In this document: one piece after another, positions 38,051 to 52,341 of the stretch
Position numbering within the stretch: the first letter of the stretch is position 1
Layout: every line of letters starts with the position of its first letter
Assembly (NCBI RefSeq): GCF_036588685.1
Contig: NC_086376.1
Location: 87,957,630 to 88,021,629, forward strand
Direction: 5' to 3'
From: Mytilus trossulus
Lineage: Eukaryota
Length of the DNA stretch: 64,000 nt
The notes under the pieces: generated by a model
What the model saw: the letters and a program-made list of their open reading frames with translations, nothing else
Database searches by the model: none
Told to the model about the DNA's origin: nothing
Translations under genes and position numbers: made by a program

Positions 38051-38587
38051 TTGACTGATCACTTTTAAAACTTCCAGATTCTCCACGAATTCAAACATCT
38101 CTCTAAATTATTAAAATCTATTTTATCAGTAATCAAAGCCGGGCTTCACAGTTATTTTGAAACTGCCTATTCTAGAGGTGGCGTGAATCAGATGTGGATA
38201 TTTTTAAAAATCCAAAGATCTTTTAGAGTACATACAAACTAACTCTCATCTTGCAATAGTATTAAAACATTTGTATTTTTTACACTTTTCACAAGTATTC
38301 CACATTCAATTTAAAGACAAATTTAAAGAGTTGGTATTGCTTTGTATTATAAAAAGGAATGACCAACGTATTTACACGTATCTTGTCTTAGGGAGGGATA
38401 AATCCTACTTTGTACAGGATAACTCTGATTCAAACAAAAAACAAAAAATTATGTGAAACTGACATTATCAACAGGCATAATTTTTTGATTGACAACATAT
38501 TTGTTACGTTCGGAGGATAGATGTTAATAATTTAGAGAGAGGTTTGAGTTCGTGGAGAATCTGGAAGTTTTAAAAGTGATCAGTCAA
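38051..38587. repeat. 64-bp inverted repeat pair (38051-38114 and 38524-38587)
   Basis: 62 of 64 identical as reverse complements. Confidence 0.9.
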
Positions 38588-39200
38588 CAGACTGTCGGCA
38601 TGCCAATGGGAACCAATTGTGCCCCTCTTCTTGCCCACTTGAGAAATATAAGAATTAAGAAATCTCCTTTAACTTTACTTTCGGCTATAAAGATGATATT
38701 CTCACTAAATAATTCTAAATGTGGTGACTATGTTGAACACATCTATTCCATCGAACTAGAGATAAAGGATACAACATATACATTTAAGTCGGCCTCATAT
38801 CTTGACTTACATTCAGCTTTCCAATTGTGAACTTTCCATTTGTAGGTAGCAACATTCCAGCAGCACCTGCATACGGGGTATATATCTCCCAATTGATACG
38901 ATATTTCCGTGCTTGTATTTCCTATCATGATTTTCTTGATAGAGGGTTGCTGCTCACAACGAAGTTATTTAACCAAGAGTTTCAAATGGAAAGGTTGTAA
39001 TTATCCCTCCGTAAATTTTGAAAGTTGATTGATTACTGTTTCACAGATAATATCGGATATGTCCCTTCTGTCGTAACTACAATATTTTTCCCTTTTACCG
39101 AATGTGAACTACCGAATTTGAAATTACATAAGCAACACGACGGGTAGCACAAGGATCGGCTTATCCTTCCGGAGCACATGATATCACCCGTAGTTTTTGG
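38115..39200 (+). mobile_element. Penelope-like retroelement RT relic with 3' region
   Basis: ETAYSRGGVNQMWI, FLIDNIFVTFGG, QQTVGMPMGTNCAPLLA, ELEIKDTT..SASYLDLH, FPIVNFPF..SNIPAAPAYGVYISQLIRY; multiple frameshifts and deletions. Confidence 0.85.
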
Positions 39201-42200
39201 TGGGGTACGTGTTGCTTATTCTTTCGTTTTCTATGTTGTTTCATGTGTACTATTGTTTGGCTGTTAGTCTTTGTCATTTTTAGTCATGGTGTTGTCAGTT
39301 TATTTTCCATTTATGTGTTTGACTGTCCCTCTGGTATCTTTCGTCCCTCTTTTAATGAATAACTGTTTGAGTCCAAATTAAGATTAACTGGTATTGAACT
39401 TATGCTTGAACCTAATATATGATTGGTCGATAAGTATAAAACACTTAACATATACTTGATAATATAATGGCAAAAACAGTGATAAGTTTGTTTCATTTTT
39501 TACCATCTTAAAAGTTCGTTTAAATGACTGCTTATGTTTTATTTTGTCATAAGTCTGCCCTAATGTCATATACAATTCTTAAAGTTCCAGCATTAATATA
39601 ATACAGCATTTGAGGTTGACATATATTATCATAAAACTGTCAATTAAAAACACTTATCATTGGGATTGTCAGAAAGTAGACAAAAAATGAAGGATGTGCG
39701 AGGTATTCTCCATGAACCTACAACGTATCAATGTTAACAGTAATGTAAATATCGCAATATTTCTGAGATAACATATAAAGTTATATACAATGAAGTGTAA
39801 ACTACTATTATTTTTCGTAGGACTTATATCGTTTCTATAAAATGATAATAGTAATCTTAACATCTTGATTAAGTTTCAAAGATGAGTAAAGCCATATTAT
39901 TATATTATTGCTGGACCCTTTCGTCAAACATCCATAAGTTTGCTGTACTATATATAATCATATACGTACAATCGGTTTGCATGACATACCTTGAAACGAA
40001 AACAACAATGTTAGAACGCTTAAACCAAATTTTGAACATCCAGTAGACATAGACATTAAGTGTTAACAGTTTTTAGCTGTGTATATACGAGGCTAAGTAA
40101 CATCTGTCATACGAGCTTCAGTGAATTTTATTCTATTGTGTTTCGAACCGAGCACACATACTGCTAAATAGATTTTCTTTTTATCCTGTCACTTATTTTT
40201 AACATTGTTTTTCTTTGCTTTCGACGACAGAAAAGCTCACATTTATTGCTTTTGTTTTCGATCTGAAATCCATTAATATCCACGACACAGTATTCACACA
40301 TTCAGCTGATGACGAATGAGCAGAACAGAATCTCGCATGGTCAACAATTATGCATTGCTCAAATTTAATAGTTACTCATTAAAACATAACAACTGTTTTC
40401 AACAGTGTGTAATTATATAGCATATAATCTATTGCAATAAAAATTCATAATTTCAAATAAAATTTGTAGATTTAGCTAACTAAGTCCTTATATTTGTATA
40501 AAATAACATTCGTTTATAGTGGAACATTGTTTTAACAATGAATTAGCTGCAACCAAAATTTCCTTGCTAGTCCCTCTCTGTGATCACAAATAGATAACTC
40601 TGGCTCATTTCCCAATCAATCTATCATGAAAGGAAGTAAAATTTATTCATAGTCTATTTCAAAATTATAAAAAGTTCTTTATATTGGTATGTAAAAATTT
40701 TAAACATTTCAAATTTATGAAATTATATTCGTACATCAATTGTTCTGATACATCAATAACAAAAACTGAAATATATTGCATTGATTCATTTTGTAATTAT
40801 TCAAAATTATATCAGAAAGCTAAACATAATTATAAAAAAAATGAACCTGTTAAGGGGAGACAATTCTCGTATAACTTTTTCGAATTGGCACATAATACCA
40901 CGGAATGTCACTCATCATACAAATGGCACATCCATATAATTAATTAACTGCGCAATCGCGCTCCACCTTCAATGATGATTCTGAATTATAAATATAACCA
41001 AAATTTGTTAATCTATAGATAGTGAAGACTAATGAAAGCTAACCCACTGTAAAAATATTTTTTTGCACTTTTTTAAAACTTCCTCAGGAAAAATTCTCTA
41101 CCCACTTGACTTTCAAAGCTCAAAATTAACGTTTTTACAGAATATTTGAATAAAGTAGTTACAGATTATTCGCTTCTCAAAGTGTAAGACGCAATAAAAA
41201 TCGTATACTTGCACAATCTTACCGAAATACGGATTTAATTAAGTCCTAAACATTTTGACATTTCTTCGTATATCTTTATCGAAAACCGGTTTAAACAAAT
41301 CACACGTACGTGTTAAGATCCGACTAAATACCTATTTCCCGATATGGTCAGGTAAAATTGCTAAATTATAACAAAACATTGTCCGATATAAGGCAAAAAG
41401 GTTTGATTTGTCTGACGCTTCAGAGGTTCGAACTGTCCGTACATTCAGTGATTATTGACATTGTTGCTTTGATGATTTTGTAATTTTTACCTTCAAATTT
41501 TAAACTTGAAGATTGACGCAAAAGAACATGGAGTTAATTTTAATGTTCATGTTTGTCAATGAGCAAAAAAATGGGTCGATGATCGGAGACTAGAACTTAC
41601 AAAGACACAGAAATACGTGATTGGAATGCGATTTCAGTGCACATTCTTATGGCAAGTAAGTTCGTACAACACTCGTCGGCAGCAATACACAAATACAGAC
41701 CGGCAGTGGGCGGAGTTTAAAACAATACCTATATAGTATACAAATACAGGCTAGCAATATATGTTAAGATGTTCATGTTTGATAAGTCAATCAATTGTAG
41801 GATAAACAATAATCTTCAAACCAAACTACTAACAACTTTGCCTGAGTTTGGACGTTACTTTTCTAAATAATGTATGAACTTATTAATAGAGAATTAAAAA
41901 AAACAATTTGTACAAATTCATGATTAATGTACCTGCAACAGGAACATTTAAATTCAAATGTTTGAAATCTCCAATGGTGTATAACACTTGAACACGTGCA
42001 TAACTATATGACTAAAAGCAAATTACAAATACAGCCAAACCTATCAAACTGTAGGTCCATTTTGACTAAGGGAGTTAGAACCTAAGTTTCCTGCTAATTT
42101 ATAAATTCATCAAAAACTAAAAACAACACAATGTTCTCAAAAAACACAGATTAGGAATATTTTCATTAACAATATTCAAATATTTGAATTTTCATAATAA

Positions 42201-43289
42201 TTCACTTAAAAAGATCATGTCTCATCTCATGAAATTCCAGCAAAATCTCTAAAAATAAATTCTTTGACGGTAAAATTGTGAATTTGATAGTGTTTGAACG
42301 GACAGTTAAATGAATTTCTTTGAATTGTAAACTTTACGAAAAATATTTCTAAGTGATGCAGTCGTTAATGTTACATTCTATATTTTTGGCGTCGATTGTA
42401 TAATATGCCAGCTATGCTGGCACTTATGGTAGAAGCATCGTTTTGGGACAAAGAACGATAACTCTTTCTAGACGACCCATCTGAAAAATTTCGTCACTCT
42501 CGTTAAATCTCGTACGATTTGGTTTTTTTTAATGGCTGCCAAAATTCTCGTTTAATCGCGATCTTGTAAAAACGGGACAGATCGGAATAATTTCGATGTT
42601 AAATACGACATGATTTTTAATTTGTTTGCAAAACCAAGAATTCAGAAATTTTGGCTACTTGTGTAGCTTATTTAAATTTTATTGTACCACGGAAATTACC
42701 GAAGTTATGACAACAACATCTGACGCCATGTTTCGTCTGCTTCAACATTCAATTATCAGTGAGGTCAAAACAAATGTCCTAAAAAATCACAGGTACTTCA
42801 TTCAAAAGTCACAGAATCATAGTTAACGATAACATATTTAAAGTAAAAGTTCCGTCCAGCCATGGGAACACAGAAAAAAACTCTGCAAGCAATACATTTC
42901 GCATTTCTTTTTACAAATTGGCCATGCCAGGCATGCGGGGTAAACTCCGGTGCACTGGTGGACCATGACTCCTTATGTTCATCTGCCACATATCATTATT
43001 CCCCACACCAAGGAATAGTGATAATTATACAGTTGAATGTGATCACGGTTATTCATGTAGTCAAAGGCGAAAATAGCATTTTTCATAAAAGGGGGGAGGG
43101 GGCTGACGGGGCGCTCCTGTCAAGCTTCAGTTATTCCCTATATAATCATCATTTTTTTCCCTAGAAAAGGGTCTCCCTCTGGATCCTATGGTACCCCACA
43201 GACTAATTCAAAACTTAACAAAAGTAAAAACATTCAAATAATTCACAATCGTCTAATTCTGTACTTCTTAAATGGGCAAACTCTCAACA

Positions 43290-43585
43290 AATCTTTTCAT
43301 TGATTATGTCACACCTTATATTGGTTGACTGTTATGGAATAACCGTTTCACAAATGATATCGGATATGTTCCTTACGTCGTAACTACAATCCCCTTCCAT
43401 TTCATGAATTTGACCTACCGAATTAGACTATTTACCGGATTTGTAATCACATAAGCAACACGACGGGTGCCGCATGTGGAGCTATTGTTTTTCTGTTTGT
43501 CTTTTTCATTTTTAGCCGTGGCGTTGTCAGTTTGTTTTAGATTTACGAGTTTGACTGTCCCTTTGGTGTCTTTCGTCCCTCTTTT
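43290..43585 (+). mobile_element. 3' fragment of the same Penelope-like family as 38115-39350
   Basis: tttcaca.atgatatcggatatgt...gtcgtaactacaat...agcaacacgacgggt and tail tttgactgtccct.tggt.tctttcgtccctctttt shared with 39036-39352. Confidence 0.75.
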
Positions 43586-46500
43586 ATACAGTCCCATGAA
43601 ATGGAAACTGTTTTGTTTTCTCTCTCTTAGTTTAATCATAAAAGGAGACTTGAGTATGAGTAGTACATTTAGAACTGACTAATGTATATATTGTATGCTT
43701 CACTATTGTCCAAAATTGGATTTTATGGGAAGATGGAGTTATTATGATAACCCATGTCATGATGAGAATAAACAGTCATAGGTATATAAAGGGCATGTTA
43801 CTTGGAAGAATGTGGGCTACATCCTTTAAAATTCAAGCTGTAGCAGTCGCCTTCATATTTTATGCATCAGTTTATCCCTGATCAAAACATTTTCACACTA
43901 CCAAGTACTTTATCACTATATCACTATCAGGTTCTCATTTCCACCTATTTAGCAATACACACTTATGATATGACATCACAGTACCAAAATTGTACTCAGT
44001 AACAAAATTGCACCTATTCAACAACAAAAAAACTGCAAAAATCTTACAAGTTTTGTTTCACCATGTGAAATTTTCTTATTATCATCTTTTTACTCTGGTA
44101 GATTAATTAATGAGTGATAGATTTCTCTTAGGAGAAATTTAAAGGTCTGAGTGACTATAAACTATACAGAGAACAATACCTGTTGTATTTGTTCAATGGG
44201 ACAAAAGAACTGCAAAAAGTTTAAATGGACAGGTAACTATCAGGTGAATCTATGGAAAGGTTCAATTGGGTTCCAATAAAATGAGCAAATTAAATGTGTT
44301 ACCATGAACATCTTTTTCTTCCAAAAATAATAGTTACAGCATGAAATAAAACAAAATCTCTGTTTATATCCCAGTTTTAAGGATTTGAAATTAACCATAC
44401 ATGTAATGATGTATGGAATTTGGGTACTGGCCTCATTACAGGATCATGGATTGTTTGGATGTATTTTAAAACTCATTTTTCAATGACTCTACATGGACTC
44501 AAATTATATTGGTGTAACTCTATTGTAAACAAGGAAAGTCTACAAAATAAGCACAGAATAAACTTATGTCTGGTACACGAACATAAAAAAGTTGGGTAAA
44601 AAAAAATGACAATTTAGTTAAAATTAGGGTATTATCATGTTAGCACTTCACAACAGACTTACAAATTTATTTTCATGACCAAAACCAAAAAAAAGTACAA
44701 ACCTAAAGGCAAAAAAATGCTTTGCCATGCACAGCCTGATACGACCGCAGATGTATATTGAGCATATAGATAACACCATTTTTTTTTATGTCAGTTGAAA
44801 TCAAACATATATTTTATTTTGGATCCTTTAAACTAATTTGAGAACAGGTATTAGGTAGACCCACATATTTCTATTCAGCAGAAGTCTCGAACTACATATA
44901 CATATCTCCTTATTAATTTCATATGATAGTAAGTCCTACAAAATATTTAAAATGTGTACATTTAATTTTTTTTCTAGCTCCTCTCATGTGAAAGCAGTAC
45001 CTTTTTGGTCACTATTTATGTGTTGCGTCTAAATAAGAATTGTAACACTTTATAGTAACTGAACAGGTTAAACAAATACTTCTTAAGAAACAGAAAAAGA
45101 AGACAGCTTGAAACAGCACAGCCATGCCAGTATATGTACATGTATGTATAAAACTCAGATCAGAATAGCATGGACAATGTGTTAGTTCTATGTCCTTGTG
45201 AATTTATTGTGAGGAAAGTTATCAATGATTATGCAGATAATGCAATTTTATCAAGTATTTTGTACATTGCTGTTAAAATTTTCACACAATCAGTGAAACA
45301 TTTAAACAAGCTAAACTAATTTTTTATTACTGAAAGTTTCAAACATTGACAAATGTTTCATTTACCAAATAACTTGTGTTTCTGTGAAAAAAAATCATGT
45401 GCATTTTTGGAAATAAAGGGAAAGAAGATTCTTTTCCTGCTCTGGTGCATGTCAATTGTGAATATATACTTACAGTTACCAAATATATTTTCTTTATCAT
45501 GATACTCACATCAACATTATCATGATTATCAAGAAGTACAAATCATAGGAAAAATGCACAAACTACAGATAAAATATCTAAAACACCCTATTTTGAGTGC
45601 ATCTCCTGCCAAATCAGTATTTGTTGAATCTATATATACAAGATGAGTATAATCAATGTAATTTTTGGAAAAAAAGACCACCCCAATAATGTTGTACCAC
45701 AACCCCAAAATCAATTCTAATCTTCCTTTTGTGTATTGAGTCTTCTAGTAAAATTTCATAGAGATCCACTCACTTATACTCAAGTTATTGTCTGGAAACC
45801 AAATGTGTCTTCTTGAAAACAACTATATGACATGATTCAGTAAATTTTTTACATGCTTGTTTGTCCGATTTCCATTCTCAATTCTATTTTGCTGTCATAT
45901 AAAAACTTGAAAAGTAAGCTACATCATGTGCATGTAATACAATTGTTTTTTATTTGAGTCCGATTTTTTTTACTGAAGACCTTCAACTAAAATTATATAT
46001 ATATTTAGTCAAAATTTAACACTAGTATTAAAGTTTATCATAACAAATTAGCAAAAACGGCCTAATTATTATACAGCCTTTATTATCACCTAAAAAACTA
46101 CTGTGTACAGACTTACATGTGCGGTTTGGGAAATTTTTATGTTTTAAGATATATATAAAAATTAAATTTAATTTTCATATATATCTGAAAGATAAAATCA
46201 TTTTTGGTGAAGATCTGGATTAAAAACATTTTTTTTGTCCTATGCTTGAACAGATTTTTTTTTCATCAATTTATGAACCAGAATATTTTTTCAGGAAAAA
46301 TACCATAACCCCTCATGCCTTTTCAAGTTCAATGTTCGTTACCTAAACACTTTCTATCTGAACTTATAATTTTATTAGACATAAACAACACGTTAATGTA
46401 GCCTAGGACATTTGTTCTAAACATGCATGAAATATTTGCCACTGGACGTTAACCAACAAACAACTAATCAAAACATAGGACATTGTCTTAGTATAAAGCT

Positions 46501-47157
46501 GGCATTTAAGGTAGCGCCTTCCTCATATTAATCGTACAATCGGGGTTTTTGTCATTAGATTTGTGTAACATTTGTCATTTAAGAACTTCATATATATTGC
46601 TTTTTTGTATTGATATTTCTTACTGTGAACCTCGAACTTCAACGTCCTTTGATTTTTGTTCGAAAGATGTGTTTCCGTTATTCTATTCTTTCATTATTTT
46701 CCTCTAAAATTTGATGTACTTTTCCTAGTACCAGTTTTTTTAATTTTTTTTTTGCTTAATCGAATCATGACTGTTGTACAGTGGTATACGACTGTTGCCT
46801 GTATGTATCTATGGCCATCATACCACATCCTTTTTTTGGTTTAATTTGTACTGTACTTCAGTGGATGTCGTTCATTGCTATGGGTCATATTTGTTTTTAA
46901 ATTTTTGTACTATCATTTATCTAGCTGTTATTTTTCTGGTTTCAATAGTTATACAATTTGTCCAAATCGGGGCCTGTACTACCTTAATATTTCACATCGA
47001 TTTTGTCTCATTCTCAAAGATCGTAATGTTTAACAAGCACATAGTGTGTCTTTGGTAATTAAATATTTCATTGGACTTCATACTTGACAATTCATTTATA
47101 ATGAAATGAAAATAATTAAAATAGAACATATTTTATAATTCTATTTATTAATTACTA

Positions 47158-47311
47158 TCACGGGGCCAGTACTTTCTTCAAGAAAGCACACTGTGTTTCC
47201 CTTAGCCCTTGGCCATTTTTAGGACAGTCACTGTCGATCATCAAGTACTTCCTCTCACGACTGTCATAGCGATTCCAATCGTTACACGCGTCTTTACAGA
47301 AGTTTGGATTT
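47158..47311 (-). CDS. Carboxylesterase-like B, exon 3 (last)
   Basis: tttttag| phase 2: GNPNFCKDACNDWNRY...RETQCAFLKKVLAP*. Confidence 0.9.
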
Positions 47312-48412
47312 CTAAAAAAGAATAATCATATATAGGGACTCATTATTGTATTTTTTAAGAAAAGAAAATTTGTATTAAAATAATCCATTAAATACACATT
47401 GGGATTGAAAATAATGAAAACTAGATTACCAAAAAAACATTGACAAAACTGTTCAGCAAGAAATCATGTTTTATTTTAAATCGAAAATTAATAATCATAT
47501 ATTTTACCGGAAATGAATTGGAGTAGTTACCTAACACCATTGTTCGGTATTGCATCGAACTTTTAATTTTTCTGAGAAAGTAAAATATCTTATTTGATGT
47601 ATACCATTCTCTATGGAACATACTAGCATTTAAAACTCGGTCATATTGACGCATTAAGTATAGATTCGTAGTAAGTTTTTACCCTACTCGTCTTTTGTTA
47701 TATTGTTTTTATTCTTAAATGTTTTTTGATGGTTAATTTGTGTGTTTAATCTCATTTTTATTCCGATAGTAAACATTATAAACTCAATAGATCTACCAAG
47801 AAGTTGAAAATGTATGCATGTTTTTTTGTTATTGTTGGTTTTTTTAATTGATAAACTACTTGAAAAATATTCAGATCTTTCTGTTATGTCCGCACGAAAG
47901 ATCAGTGTACTTTGAATGGCCAATCTTACAAAATATGTAAATGTAACGAGTAAAGGTTATTTAATCTTGAAAATTCTATTCAAATTATTGTCTGAATGTC
48001 ATTTATATTGGCTGTTTAATTATATAAACAATGTTATACTATAAATCTTGCAAGAATGAAGTAGTAATTCTTCTCATTTTTTTAGTCTATAATGTATTAT
48101 TGGTCAAAAAATTTAAAGCGTACATAACACATTGTTATTGGTTACAAATTTCCAAAATAAAAATTCATACGATGGCAATATTTTCAACATTTGGTAGGGA
48201 CAAGGAAATTATTTATGATTTTTTTTATTTTCAATTCTTTAACGACAAATCGGTAAAAATATTCCTAACTTCGGAAAATTTTATGTTAAGCTCAAAACAA
48301 TTAGTCAACTCAAATCAAATCAAATATGTATTGTCATATAACCTCTGAACAATAAGTTGGTATTACCATGATAAATTGACTAGTGATAATATTAAAAACA
48401 AAGATCAAATAC

Positions 48413-48674
48413 CCTGTTTTAGCAAATGTTGTCCAGTATTTCATCATTCTCATGCTGACGTATCTATCTGTGTCGGAGTAGTTGACGCGGTCTATCAATG
48501 GTGCACCAAATACAAAGGCCAGTTCAGCTGTATGTCTTACCCCAAACCATTGAGGTACGGGTGGAAATAATGACCTATATTCGTAGGAATACATGTAAAC
48601 AGGATTACCAGGGTTCACTGTGGAAAGAGCCTGTGCAACTTCTATGACTGGGCATTTGAAATTAATGTCTGAAC
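48413..48674 (-). CDS. Carboxylesterase-like B, exon 2 (WFGVRHTAELAFVFG)
   Basis: ttgcag| and GG|gtatt; 262 nt. Confidence 0.93.
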
Positions 48675-49039
48675 CTGCAATTATCATATTTAAACATTTA
48701 TCAAACAACAAAACTTTTAATATACTATTTACATTTTTAAAGCGTTATTTTTATCATTAAATGTGTTTCACTATCGTTATAATGAATAAATGTTATTGCT
48801 ATTCAAGATGCACAGTATGTTTGTGGCAAAACACAATTTACAATAAATTATTTCACAAAATGCCTAAATCACGATATTAACATACAGAAAGAATAGATTT
48901 CATTCGAGTTTTGAATAACAATTTGTTTTATAACAGTAAAGGTTAGGCATATTGTAAATATGGTTCAATGATTTGCAAAATAACCATCATTTTGCATTAT
49001 CAATTGAATCGTAGCAATTTGTTCTTTACTAAGAACTTT

Positions 49040-49175
49040 TATAAATTTTGGATCATGAACTCTCTTCAACTTCGTGGCTTTTTTAACTTTTTTATCGAGC
49101 GTCACTAATGAGAAGTTTGTAAATGAAACACGAGTTTGGCGTTCAAAATGTTAATCCTGGAAACAATGACGAGTT
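49040..49175 (+). mobile_element. Decayed family A retrozyme-like fragment (similar ones at 13470-13590 and 15250-15325)
   Basis: ctcttcaacttcgt..gagcgtcactaatgag..gaaacacgagtttggcgt; hammerhead core mutated. Confidence 0.6.
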
Positions 49176-49350
49176 AATTGGTACTTGACAATAGAAATGG
49201 AATGCAGTATAAAGAAATAACCGACTGAATTTATTTAAAAAAAAAATATCAGTATAGTTTAAAAATGTAAAACTAAAGTTAAATGACAGAAATAAAACAT
49301 TGTGCAAAACTGGACATTATTTCATAAATATCTTAATGTTAACGACTAAC

Positions 49351-50554
49351 CTATGTTTATGGCGACATCTAAGTATGACCGCGGTTCATCTGGTAGGAAT
49401 GGACGAAGATAGTGTCCAGCGATTTTAGCATAAGTTGCATTGTTCGCAGCGACGGCAAGTGGGAGAAGTCTGAAGTACTCATCCCTGGTTATAACTCCAT
49501 CATTGATGTCTATAGGTATCTTCAGCAAATTAACGTAAAAAGCCATAAAGAACGATACCTCATCTTTTACAACCCCTAACAAAACTGGTATATGTTTGGG
49601 AAGAGGCTGTTCCCCGAGCTCTATTGGTGATTTAGAAATGAATCCACATTTGTCAATTGTAGGTAAATGAAACCTGATAAACAACGGAGGGTTCGGAATA
49701 GGAGGAATTTGTATTGCCGACACTGCTGATGCTGGTAATGATCGAAGACATTCAATCTTATCCTCTACTGAGGCCATGTTACAACCAAGCTGCTCGGCAA
49801 AATCATTAGCAGTTTTAAATGCTACAGAAGGGGAATGATAGCCAAATTTCGTATCAGCTGCTCCACTTTGTATGATTGCTTTTTGAAAATATGGGCGCGT
49901 AAATTTGGAGTGCATGTGATAATTCACACTAGCTCCGCCAGCACTTTGTCCAAATAAAGTTATTTTATGCTTACTTCCTCCAAATCTTCTCACGTTGTCA
50001 TATATCCATTTGATTGCTAGTGATTGATCAAACAGTCCCATATTACCAGGAGCATCGTAGTGGTCAAAATATAGAAAACCTAACGGTCCAGTTCTGTAAC
50101 TTATTGTGAAAACAATAGTATCTGTATATGCAGCAAAAGCTTTCGGATCAATACCAATAACATTCATAGTAAGGAACCCTCCTCCAACAATCCATACCAT
50201 TGTATGTTTGCGTTTACGTCCTCCTTGAGGAATCCACGCGTTTAGGTATAAACAGTCTTCACCTTGGTTGGCTGCAGGAATATTAGTGGTAAAGAAAGTA
50301 GGCTGGGAACACGATTTAGCGAACTTCAGAGTTTTTCTTGTTCCTCTCCATGGCCGTTTTGGAATAGGTTTTTTAAATCTTAAATTTCCGACTGGAGGTT
50401 CGGCAAATGGGATTCCTAAGCATGTAATCAACTTTTTACCAAGTACAATCTGAGTAAACCCTTCAATTTTTCCTATTTTCGTTCTTATTTTTGTATTTAC
50501 TGATGTGCAATTGGTTACTAGAAAAACAATTAAAAGAAAGCACGGTGCAAACAT
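49351..50554 (-). CDS. Type-B carboxylesterase/cholinesterase-like B, exon 1 (GQSAG, GVVKDE)
   Basis: Same motifs and 1204-nt length as A; G|gttagt donor. Confidence 0.95.
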
Positions 50555-52140
50555 TCTCCAAAGTATAAATGAGGATTATTGTTGTCGAACCGAGTCAAAG
50601 ATTCAAACTGAAAAATATTGACAACTATTCTAGAAAGTCAAAACATTTACCTAATAACTCTTGTAACATTTGTTTAAACATGCATTTTAAAAAGTGTTTT
50701 GCTCTTTTTAGTAATTTATTCACGATACTAAATATCCATTTGGCCGATGCATGTACATGTACGTGCCACTCCTGACGTTTCAAGATTTCAAGGATTGTTA
50801 GCAAGATGTTACATAGTAAATTAAAAATGTATTGTACAGCAGAATATACAATGAAATCATATATAATATAAACATTTTTAAGAATGAACACTAATCTGAA
50901 TAATAGTTTCTGAGTGAAAAATTTAAGAAGATAGATTTTTTTCAATGGATGCAAACATTCTTAAAAAATTAGGATTGGTATTGTCAAACCGAGTCCAAGG
51001 TTAAAACTGAATAATATGGAAAACTAGTCTTGAAAGTAAAAAATCCTGTAACATTTGTTTAAAACATGTATTTTTAACATGTATTTTGCCATTTTATCAT
51101 AAATTGTACTAAATATTTAATTTGAATATGTGAATGTTGTTTACAGATTTCAAGGTACCTACACCTATGTAACCAAGTGTACAATCATAAGCAATTAAGC
51201 TTCACCTATTGAAAATCAAAACGATATCATATATGATATAAGACAATTTAATTTTTTTTTATCAAAGATGGGATTTTCAGTAATGAAAAAAACGTGAGGA
51301 TTCCATTCAAGCCAGTGCTAGGAGCCGTCTCGACTTTAGAATAAAAAAGATGATATTGTATTATTGCCAATAAGACAACTCTTTAGATGAGACCAAATGA
51401 CACAGGAATTAAGAGCTGTATTTCAATGTGATGCCTTTCAACAATGAGCAAAGCCTATACCGCAAAGTCAGTTATAAAAGGCACAGAAGTGACAAATGTA
51501 AAACAATTCAAACGAGAAAATATATTTACAAAAAATAAACGGAAAACCAATATGTAACATATCAATACACGACAATCATTGAATAACAGGCTTCTGTCTT
51601 TATTTTAGCTTGCCATGAGGACAAAGTTGTATTCTTATTTTTGTGTTCAAAGTCGAAAGCCTCTTTAAAACTGTGAGATGAAGATCTACACAAAACACTG
51701 CTGTTCCTCTGCCTTTCCTGTGTTTTTGCTGTGTGTGTACTTATTTTGTGTGATTGATGGCTAACACATATTCTTTTGATTTTTTTCTATTGTTTCAATT
51801 GTACTTTCAAACGACGAACAGTTACAGTAGAAATGTGTAAATAGTTACTTACCAATATCTTCATTGGAAGATTTCATTCGTATCCAGTCAGACAATCGTG
51901 TCTTTAATTCAGTAAACTTTTATTGTTTTTTTATTCGTCATTTCGATAAATTTGTATTAATCTACCTAACAAAACAAGTATCTCGAAATGAATACGGATG
52001 TTATTATCTTTCACAGGTAACTCATGTAATGTAGTACTGTTGCCTTAATGCTCATATCATCCAATAGCATGTTGTCGTTCTGATATGCACATACAATACT
52101 TGAAGCAAAGCACCAATGCATCAGCAGCATCATAGAGGTA

Positions 52141-52341
52141 CTGTGGATTCATGTTTTTTTCTTTTAATATCAAAATTCACTGATTTTGTTAGGACAGGTG
52201 AACCACGAAATTAAAAATCAACGAATGACAAATTCTTATGGACCTGTATGTAGTCAAAACCACGAAATTTAACATCCAAGAACATGTTGGTTTTCTTTAA
52301 TCGACAAAAATTAGTACCGATGAAAATAACTAAATCCACAG
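52141..52341. mobile_element. Tc1/mariner-type MITE
   Basis: ta|ctgtggatt ... aatccacag|ta; TA target duplication; internal ccacgaaatt repeats. Confidence 0.75.

Noticed and set aside
39400-47000. Hidden gene or fourth esterase between A and B
   Set aside because: Only short low-complexity ORFs and repeat fragments; no esterase motifs or phase-consistent exon chain found.
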